Shown in pieces: positions 57,330 to 64,000 of a DNA stretch of 64,000 nucleotides. The stretch lies in assembly GCF_001677475.2 (NCBI RefSeq), contig NZ_CP015229.1, one strand, 5' to 3'. Numbering within the stretch: position 1 is the first letter of the stretch; each line of letters starts with the position of its first letter. The notes under the pieces were generated by a model. The model searched no databases. It worked only from the letters and a program-made list of their open reading frames with translations, and was not told where the DNA came from. The stretch comes from Escherichia coli (GTDB lineage: Bacteria; Pseudomonadota; Gammaproteobacteria; Enterobacterales; Enterobacteriaceae). The translations under genes were made by a program, and so were the position numbers.

Positions 57330-58230
57330 GAGATATCTCTCCGTGTTGTGCCGGGTTTATCCGATAATGGCTGTCAATGCCAATGATGCGATGCTCTTTG
57401 CGTGTCAGGTCGGGTAGAACGGTGTTATGCGCTGTTTCCGGTGCGCATTCCGGGGATAGCAGGTGCAGGATATCTGGGGGCGTCTTTTCGGCAGGCCAGG
57501 CGGTTTCCCCTTCGCCGGTGGCGTCCAGGACATCGAGAATAGCGTCAATGCTTAACCCGCCAGTGACCATATCCTGCAATGTCTCGGCTTCAGTGACCAG
57601 ATCACGCAATGAATCCAGATCCTGTGAGGAGGGCTCTTCGTTAAAGGGAAAAGGATCAGCATGGCGATGAAGATCTTGTTCAGGAGATAACAACGCCTCG
57701 CGGTATTCCTGATAAAGTCGAGTCAGGGCATTTTCTTTTTTAGCATCTTCTCCAGTGGAGGAGGCTCCATGAACAGGAATGATATCGAATGGATTTTGTG
57801 ATGTCAGATGCTGCTGCCTGAACCAATCCAGATCCAGATATTCGGTTATTGTTTCCGACATGGTGGCAGTCTGCGATGTCGTTTTTACTGCGCTCAGGTC
57901 CGGAGATGATGGATTGCCGTGCACAAGGCACCATGAAGATAACCCCCATTCTATCAGGTCGCCTTCATTCAGACGCATACGGTGATGAGGTTCCACAATC
58001 TGGTCGTTTACCGTACAGCAATATTCGGTAGACTGATTGATAATCCACCATGCTTCTTCGTGGCGGGTCAGACTGAGGGCAATCTTTACATCATCATTCA
58101 CCTCAAAAACAGGAATCCAGGGTGAGGTAACGGTGAAGATAATTTGGGTTCCTTCAGTCGCGTAAATTGTGTTATCGGCGATCCCGTGCGCCTGTATTTT
58201 TTGGAGTCCCCACGTAATATTTGGTTTCAT
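57316..58230 (-). CDS. T6SS-associated protein with N-terminal FHA-like domain (TagH/Fha-like, tentative)
   Basis: 304-aa ORF; first gene of the minus-strand operon; N-terminal roughly 100 aa end in ...TVNDQIVEPHHRMRLNEGDLIEWG, resembling the C-terminal strand pattern of FHA domains; acidic Ser/Thr-rich C-terminal half. Confidence 0.45.
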   Translation of the reverse strand: MKPNITWGLQKIQAHGIADNTIYATEGTQIIFTVTSPWIPVFEVNDDVKIALSLTRHEEAWWIINQSTEYCCTVNDQIVEPHHRMRLNEGDLIEWGLSSWCLVHGNPSSPDLSAVKTTSQTATMSETITEYLDLDWFRQQHLTSQNPFDIIPVHGASSTGEDAKKENALTRLYQEYREALLSPEQDLHRHADPFPFNEEPSSQDLDSLRDLVTEAETLQDMVTGGLSIDAILDVLDATGEGETAWPAEKTPPDILHLLSPECAPETAHNTVLPDLTRKEHRIIGIDSHYRINPAQHGEISHDKQ

Positions 58231-58562
58231 TGTGTATCACTGTGTAGAATGTTTCTTTCAAAAGAATAAGTTTTCTAAATTTTTAGATAAGCAATGCTGA
58301 TTAATTTACTTTATCAATATAAGTTTTCGCGGAAATATATAGTGGCGATTTTCAATTTAATATATTCATGGTATGTATGAAATTGGCTTGCTCTATTGAA
58401 TATCACCATGAAAAAGATACTACCTGCTATATTACATTGTGTTCTGTGATATGCATCATTGTTTCATTCGGCCTTTTTGATAATTCTATTAATTAGAAGT
58501 TTTAATCGATACAGTTATGTTTATGTATCATTTATATGTTCTTACATCATTAGGTGTAACAG
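58231..58562. promoter_or_regulatory. AT-rich divergent promoter/control region between the two T6SS operons
   Basis: 332-nt non-coding region, visibly AT-rich with multiple A/T tracts, between divergently transcribed fha-like gene and clpV. Confidence 0.5.
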
Positions 58563-61196
58563 ATGGACACTCCTGTTTCGCGCAGTGCACTGTATGGAAA
58601 GCTAACCAAATCTTTGTTTAGATCTTTGGAATCTGCGACGACGTTCTGTAAATTACGCGCTAATCCTTATGTCGAACTGACGCATTGGTTGCATCAGTTA
58701 ATACAACAACCAGAGAATGACATTCACAATGTGCTTCGACATTATCAAATAACATCTGCTGATGTTGAGAAGGCGTTAATTCAGCAATTGAATATATTGC
58801 CTGCCGGAGCGAGTGTAATTAACGATTTTTCCCATCATATCGATCTTTCTGTTGAAAAAGCCTGGATGTTGGCAAGTATCCGCTTTGGCGATCAAAAAAT
58901 TCGTAGTGGATGGTTATTACTTGCCTGGTTAACCACGCCAGAATTGTGTCGGGTGTTAAAAAATATTTGTGCGCCATTGGCAGAGCTGCCGGTAGATGAA
59001 CTATTAGATATTCTTCCGTCTTTAATCACTTCATCTCCTGAATTAACAGAAATGCCTTATGACTGCTCGGATTTAAATTCTGCAGTACCGGGGGAAGCTA
59101 GCCAGGTCTTTGCCGGCGAATCAACCGGAAGCAAATCCGCGCTGGCGAAATACTGCCAGGACATGACTGCGCTGGCCCGTGAAGGCAATATCGATCCGGT
59201 CACCGGTCGCGAACACGAGATCCGTACTATGACGGATATTCTGCTGCGCCGTCGCCAGAACAACCCGCTACTGACCGGCGAAGCGGGAGTCGGGAAAACG
59301 GCAGTGGTGGAAGGATTCGCGCTGGCGATTGCCGGGGGGGAAGTACCGCCTTCACTGCGTAACGTGCGGTTGCTGTCACTGGATGTTGGAGCGCTGCTGG
59401 CTGGGGCGTCCATGAAGGGTGAATTTGAATCCCGCCTGAAAGCGTTGCTAGAAGAGGCCGCGCGCTCGCCGCAGCCGGTAATCCTTTTTGTTGATGAAGT
59501 TCACACGCTGGTGGGCGCTGGTGGTACATCCGGTACGGGGGATGCTGCCAACCTGCTGAAACCGGCGCTGGCGCGTGGCACCCTGCGCACCATCGGCGCA
59601 ACCACCTGGAGCGAGTACAAACGCCATATCGAAAAGGATCCGGCGCTGACTCGGCGTTTTCAGGTATTGCAGGTTGCTGAGCCGGAAGAGGTTGCGGCTG
59701 TTGAGATGGTACGCGGGTTAGTCACCACGCTTGAAAAACACCATGACGTGCTGATCCTTGATGAGGCCGTGCGCGCCGCCGTACAGCTTTCTCACCGTTA
59801 CATTCCGGCCCGGCAACTACCGGATAAGGCCATCAGCCTGCTGGATACGGCGGCGGCCCGTGTAGCGCTGTCGCTGCATACCCCGCCTGCGAGAGTCCAG
59901 TATCTGCGCCAGCAGCTCAACGCTGCCGAACTGGAGCAGGTGTTGTTATTAAAGCAGGAAAAAATGGGTATCCGCTCGGAGCGGGGCGATGTACTGACGG
60001 CGCGGATTATATCGCTTAATGCCGATCTTTCTGACACCGAAGCGCGGTGGCAGCAGGAACTGGAGTTGGTTCGCAGTTTACAGGAGCAACGCGGCGCAGC
60101 GCCTGGCGAGCGCGACGAAATCACTCTACAACAGGCAGAAACGGCATTAAGAGGCTGGCAGGGTGAAAACCCCGTCGTGTACCCGGAAGTCAGTGCAACC
60201 GTGGTGGCAGAGATTGTCTCCGACTGGACCGGTATTCCCGCCGGACGGATGGTGAAAGATGAAGCCAGTCAGATACTGGAATTGCCCACCCGTTTGGCGC
60301 AGCGTGTTACCGGGCAGATGGATGCGTTGGCGCAGATTGGCGAGCGTATCCAGACCGCGCGGGCGGGTTTAGGTGACCCGCGTAAGCCTGTGGGTGTCTT
60401 TTTGCTGGCCGGGCCGTCCGGAGTAGGCAAGACTGAGACCGCGCTGGCACTGGTAGAAGCAATCTATGGCGGTGAACAGAATCTGATCACCATCAACATG
60501 AGCGAGTATCAGGAGTCTCACACAGTCTCCACTCTGAAAGGCGCGCCGCCCGGCTACGTCGGTTATGGCGAAGGCGGCGTGTTGACGGAAGCGGTACGCC
60601 GCCATCCCTGGAGCGTGGTATTGCTGGATGAAATTGAAAAAGCCCATCACGACGTCCACGAGCTGTTCTTCCAGGTGTTTGATAAGGGGGCGATGGAAGA
60701 TGGCGAAGGTGTCCACATCGATTTCAAAAATACCACGCTGTTGTTGACGACTAACGCGGGGGCGGAACTTATCAGCCAGCTCTGTGAGGATCCGGCGCTG
60801 ATGCCCGATTCGGCAGGGTTAAAAGAGGCGTTAATGCCGGAGTTACGTAAACACTTCCCGGCGGCTTTCCTGGGGCGTGTGACGGTTATTCCTTATTTAC
60901 CGCTGGATGAGACCGCGCGTGGTGTTATTGCCCGCCTGCATCTTGGCAGATTGATGGCTCGGATGGCGGAGCAGCATGGCGTTTCACTGGTGTATGGCGA
61001 TGAACTGATTACGCATATTGTGTCGCGCTGCCCGATGCACGAGACCGGCGCTCGTTTGCTCATCGGCTATATCGAACAACATATCCTCCCACAACTGTCC
61101 CGTTATTGGTTGCAGGCGATGACAGAGAAAACGGCCATCACGCAAATCCGCATTCGTGTTGATGAGGATGAACAGATTATTTTTGAAACGGATTAA
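58563..61196 (+). CDS. clpV: T6SS AAA+ ATPase ClpV (TssH)
   Basis: 877-aa ORF with two AAA+ modules: Walker A GEAGVGKTAV and GPSGVGKTETA, Clp N-domain-like N-terminus. Confidence 0.92.
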   Translation: MDTPVSRSALYGKLTKSLFRSLESATTFCKLRANPYVELTHWLHQLIQQPENDIHNVLRHYQITSADVEKALIQQLNILPAGASVINDFSHHIDLSVEKAWMLASIRFGDQKIRSGWLLLAWLTTPELCRVLKNICAPLAELPVDELLDILPSLITSSPELTEMPYDCSDLNSAVPGEASQVFAGESTGSKSALAKYCQDMTALAREGNIDPVTGREHEIRTMTDILLRRRQNNPLLTGEAGVGKTAVVEGFALAIAGGEVPPSLRNVRLLSLDVGALLAGASMKGEFESRLKALLEEAARSPQPVILFVDEVHTLVGAGGTSGTGDAANLLKPALARGTLRTIGATTWSEYKRHIEKDPALTRRFQVLQVAEPEEVAAVEMVRGLVTTLEKHHDVLILDEAVRAAVQLSHRYIPARQLPDKAISLLDTAAARVALSLHTPPARVQYLRQQLNAAELEQVLLLKQEKMGIRSERGDVLTARIISLNADLSDTEARWQQELELVRSLQEQRGAAPGERDEITLQQAETALRGWQGENPVVYPEVSATVVAEIVSDWTGIPAGRMVKDEASQILELPTRLAQRVTGQMDALAQIGERIQTARAGLGDPRKPVGVFLLAGPSGVGKTETALALVEAIYGGEQNLITINMSEYQESHTVSTLKGAPPGYVGYGEGGVLTEAVRRHPWSVVLLDEIEKAHHDVHELFFQVFDKGAMEDGEGVHIDFKNTTLLLTTNAGAELISQLCEDPALMPDSAGLKEALMPELRKHFPAAFLGRVTVIPYLPLDETARGVIARLHLGRLMARMAEQHGVSLVYGDELITHIVSRCPMHETGARLLIGYIEQHILPQLSRYWLQAMTEKTAITQIRIRVDEDEQIIFETD

Positions 61197-61386
61197 TGGA
61201 GCATCCTTATGGCAAAAGAATTAAGTGGCGCACTGTGGTTCAGTCGCTTTCCTGGAAGTTCTTCCACTAATGATTTGCAGGGGACTTTTCGTGCATCGGT
61301 AGATAATTTTTTGCGCGCGCATTGGTAATGCGCGTGCAAGGGTCAGTATCTCTGCAACATATCGCCCTCCCGCCAGAGCATATCTC

Positions 61387-61773
61387 ATGCACTGGTCATG
61401 GTTGATTGCTCATGAAATCGTTCAGGCAAAAAACGTCCCGGCGATGGAGGGGGTGGATATTGAGTGGGTTCACCCGACTGAGCAAGCCTCGCTTGAAGCG
61501 GCGCAGGCTATGGTTACGGCCTATGGTATTAATAATCTGAATGTCGCGCCTGCACTGAGCTCCAACCATACACGCGGTACTGCGATAGATATGAATATCA
61601 GTTGGAGCGGAACATTAACAATTGCGGGGAGCAATGGTCAGAATGTTGCAATTAATACACTACCTCGAACCGGAATGAATGCCCAGCTTCAGGCGGTAGG
61701 TCTGGGTTACGGCGTCAGAAAATTTGTTGGCGGCAATACAGATATACCTCACTGGTCAATTGATGGACATTAA
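61387..61773 (+). CDS. Candidate T6SS effector: small zinc metallopeptidase of the VanY/peptidase M15 (LAS) type, predicted peptidoglycan peptidase
   Basis: 128-aa ORF, no signal peptide, no Cys; exact VanY-type motif S59-N-H61-T-R-G64-T-A66-I-D68 (SxHxxGxAxD) at nt 61561-61590 and C-terminal His in IPHWSIDGH; located between clpV and tssB. Confidence 0.5.
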   Translation: MHWSWLIAHEIVQAKNVPAMEGVDIEWVHPTEQASLEAAQAMVTAYGINNLNVAPALSSNHTRGTAIDMNISWSGTLTIAGSNGQNVAINTLPRTGMNAQLQAVGLGYGVRKFVGGNTDIPHWSIDGH

Positions 61774-61775
61774 GT

Positions 61776-62066
61776 ATGACATTTCGTTATCCGATGTTGT
61801 TGACATTCCTGTTAATGATGTTCGCTTTCTGTGTTCAGGGGGAACCGCCTTTACCACAGGATGTGCAGCATTTTCTGAGTAATGCGGAAATGTGCCAGCA
61901 TCTTGCTGGTGAATGGGACAGTTCTTTACCAAAGAAGGATAAAAGAGACATCGAAAAGGGGGTTGATACCTGGTGTCCTCCGGCGAAGAAATCACTCCCT
62001 GTGCTGCGGGAAAAGTACAAAGAAAACAAAGAGATTATAAAAATACTCTCTGCGTATGATTTTTAA
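61776..62066 (+). CDS. Candidate periplasmic immunity protein for the upstream peptidase
   Basis: 96-aa ORF starting 2 nt after the peptidase stop; N-terminal Sec-type signal peptide MTFRYPMLLTFLLMMFAFCVQG; two Cys in mature part; Lys/Glu-rich C-terminus. Confidence 0.45.
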   Translation: MTFRYPMLLTFLLMMFAFCVQGEPPLPQDVQHFLSNAEMCQHLAGEWDSSLPKKDKRDIEKGVDTWCPPAKKSLPVLREKYKENKEIIKILSAYDF

Positions 62067-62127
62067 ACTGTACCGTCGGGCCACTCTCCAGGTGGTCGTC
62101 GGCTGACTGATAAGGAAATGAAGGATT

Positions 62128-62673
62128 ATGGCTATCAACAACAGCGCGCAGAAGTTTATTGCCCGCAACCGCGCGCCCCGCGTGCAGATTGAGTATGACG
62201 TTGAGATTTACGGCTCCGAGAAAAAAATCGAACTGCCGTTTGTCATGGCGGTGCTGGCCGATCTGGCTGGTAAACCACGCGAAGAGCTGCCACCGGTCAC
62301 CGATCGTAAATTCCTTGATATTGATATCGATAACTTCAACGAGCGGATGAAAGCCATTGCGCCGCGCGTGGCGTTTGCTGTCCCCAATACGCTGACGGGC
62401 GAAGGGCAGTTAATGGTCGATATCACGCTGGAGAATATGGACGATTTTTCGCCTGCGCAGATTGCCCGTAAGGTGGATGCCCTGAACCAGCTGCTGGAAG
62501 CGCGTACTCAGCTTGCCAACCTACAAACGTATATGGATGGTAAAGCGGGAGCAGAAAATCTTATCAACAAACTATTACAAGACCCTACGTTACTGAAAGC
62601 TCTGGCTAGTGCGCCAAAACCTGTCGCTCAACAGGAAAGTGTCTTATCAGGTGAAACGGGAACAGCAGACTAA
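62128..62673 (+). CDS. tssB: T6SS contractile sheath small subunit TssB (VipA)
   Basis: 181-aa ORF MAINNSAQKFIARNRAPRVQIEYDVEIYGSEKKIELPFVMAVLADLAGKP..., classic VipA pattern. Confidence 0.9.
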   Translation: MAINNSAQKFIARNRAPRVQIEYDVEIYGSEKKIELPFVMAVLADLAGKPREELPPVTDRKFLDIDIDNFNERMKAIAPRVAFAVPNTLTGEGQLMVDITLENMDDFSPAQIARKVDALNQLLEARTQLANLQTYMDGKAGAENLINKLLQDPTLLKALASAPKPVAQQESVLSGETGTAD

Positions 62674-62697
62674 CTGCGATTTTATTAAGGAACTTCC

Positions 62698-64000
62698 ATG
62701 GTAAACGATACTCTTCTGGCGACTGGCGAACTCTCTGCTGCGCAAACCACTGCCTATCAGGACACTGAATTTGATTCGCTCTTGGATAAAGCCTTCCGTC
62801 CCAAGACACCTCAGGCAGCAAAGGCTGTTGAGGCAGCAGTTCAGACGCTGGCCCAACAGGCTTTGACAAATACCGTCACCGTCAGTGACGACGCTTATAA
62901 AAGTATTGCTGCGATTATTGAGCAGATCGATTTCAAATTAACTGAGCAGATCAAACTAATCCTGAGTCATCCGGAATTTCAGAAACTGGAGTCCTCCTGG
63001 CGTGGGATGGAACATTTGGTTTACAACACTGAAACCGATGAAAAATTAAAAATCCGTTTTATGAATCTTTCAAAGGATGAATTGCGGAAAAATATGAAGC
63101 GTTACAAAGGGATCGCCTGGGATCAAAGCCCCATGTTCAAAAAGCTTTATGAAGCTGAATATGGACAGTTAGGCGGAGAACCTTACGGTTGTATCATTGC
63201 GGATTATTATTTTGATCACACGCCACCGGATGTAGATCTGCTCGGCTCCATTGCCAAAGTGGCAGCCTCAGCCCATGCGCCGTTTATTGCTGGGGCCTCT
63301 CCGTCAGTGTTGCAGATGGACTCCTGGCAGGAACTGGCTAACCCGCGTGATCTGACCAAAATTGTGACCCAAAACCTCGAATACGCACCGTGGAACTCGC
63401 TGCGAAAAAGTGAGGATTCTCGCTACATTGGCCTGACGATGCCACGTTTTCTCTCCCGTTTGCCTTATGGTGCGAAAACAAACCCTGTCGATGAGTTTGA
63501 TTTTGAAGAAGATGCGGATGGCGCAGATCACAGCAAATATGTCTGGAGCAATGCCGCCTATGCAATGGGTGTAAATATCAACCGCTCTTTCAAACATTAC
63601 GGTTGGTGTACGTTGATCCGTGGTGTTGAATCTGGTGGCGCGGTGGAAAATCTGCCCTGTCATACCTTCCCGACCGATGACGGCGGCGTGGATATGAAAT
63701 GCCCGACAGAAATTGCCATCTCTGACCGTCGTGAAGCTGAACTGGCGAAAAATGGTTTTATCCCACTTATCCACCGCAAAAACTCTGATTACGCCGCCTT
63801 TATTGGCGCGCAGTCTCTACAAAAACCGCAGGAGTATTACGATCCGGACGCTACGGCCAACGCCAATCTCTCTGTTCGTTTGCCATATCTTTTCGCCTGT
63901 TCACGGTTTGCGCACTTCCTCAAATGTATCGTGCGCGACAAGATCGGCTCGTTCAAAGAGCGTGAAGATATGCAGCGCTGGCTCAATGAGTGGATCATGA
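62698..64000 (+). CDS. tssC: T6SS contractile sheath large subunit TssC (VipB), 5' partial, continues past window end
   Basis: ATG at 62698 with SD-like aagg upstream; translation MVNDTLLATGELSAAQTTAYQDTEFDSLLDKAFRPKTPQAAKAVE...; no stop in window so absent from ORF track. Confidence 0.9.
   Translation, partial: MVNDTLLATGELSAAQTTAYQDTEFDSLLDKAFRPKTPQAAKAVEAAVQTLAQQALTNTVTVSDDAYKSIAAIIEQIDFKLTEQIKLILSHPEFQKLESSWRGMEHLVYNTETDEKLKIRFMNLSKDELRKNMKRYKGIAWDQSPMFKKLYEAEYGQLGGEPYGCIIADYYFDHTPPDVDLLGSIAKVAASAHAPFIAGASPSVLQMDSWQELANPRDLTKIVTQNLEYAPWNSLRKSEDSRYIGLTMPRFLSRLPYGAKTNPVDEFDFEEDADGADHSKYVWSNAAYAMGVNINRSFKHYGWCTLIRGVESGGAVENLPCHTFPTDDGGVDMKCPTEIAISDRREAELAKNGFIPLIHRKNSDYAAFIGAQSLQKPQEYYDPDATANANLSVRLPYLFACSRFAHFLKCIVRDKIGSFKEREDMQRWLNEWIM

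Larger units (their letters stand above)
51967..64000. other. Type VI secretion system genomic island adjacent to aspV (partial; continues past window end)
   Basis: Contiguous block of T6SS core genes (tssA, tssG, tssF, tssE, clpV, tssB, tssC) plus accessory and cargo genes beginning about 50 nt after the aspV terminator; by eye the structural genes look more GC-rich than the flanking core and the intergenic region is AT-rich. Confidence 0.85.

Noticed and set aside
58380-58460. 13-codon mini-ORF (MKKILPAILHCVL) in the AT-rich T6SS intergenic region
   Set aside because: Too short, no convincing SD, and in AT-rich DNA where ATG-to-stop frames arise by chance; more likely part of the promoter region.
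63304-63774. 156-aa minus-strand ORF near the window end
   Set aside because: Antisense to tssC, whose plus-strand translation from 62698 is a clear VipB/TssC.

Overview
This window is an Escherichia coli-type chromosomal segment with essentially K-12-like core synteny up to the aspV tRNA, followed by a horizontally acquired type VI secretion system (T6SS) island that runs off the window end. All calls rest on reading the sequence and the ORF track and on recognising protein families by eye; no database search or computation was run. Core genes in order: dapD (partial), glnD, map (all minus); rpsB, tsf, pyrH, frr, dxr, uppS, cdsA, rseP, bamA, skp, lpxD, fabZ, lpxA, lpxB, rnhB, dnaE, accA, ldcC, yaeR, tilS (plus); rof, yaeP (minus); yaeQ, arfB, nlpE (plus); yaeF, proS, tsaA, rcsF, metQ, metI, metN (minus); gmhB; a complete rrnH-type rRNA operon (16S, tRNA-Ile, tRNA-Ala, 23S, 5S, tRNA-Asp); dkgB; yafC; yafD; yafE; mltD; gloB; yafS; rnhA; dnaQ; aspV. 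From about 51.97 kb the island carries tssA, tssG, tssF, tssE, a TagJ/ImpE-like gene and an FHA-like gene on the minus strand, then an AT-rich divergent control region, then clpV/tssH, a two-gene cargo module, tssB and the start of tssC on the plus strand. The most interesting object is the cargo pair between clpV and tssB: a 128-aa protein with no signal peptide that carries an exact VanY/M15-type SxHxxGxAxD zinc-peptidase motif, followed 2 nt later by a 96-aa protein with a signal peptide. I read this as a candidate peptidoglycan-peptidase effector with its periplasmic immunity protein. The T6SS core itself is a well-known machine; any novelty lies in the cargo pair and needs homology and structure searches to confirm. 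No CRISPR array, transposase or integrase was seen in the window.
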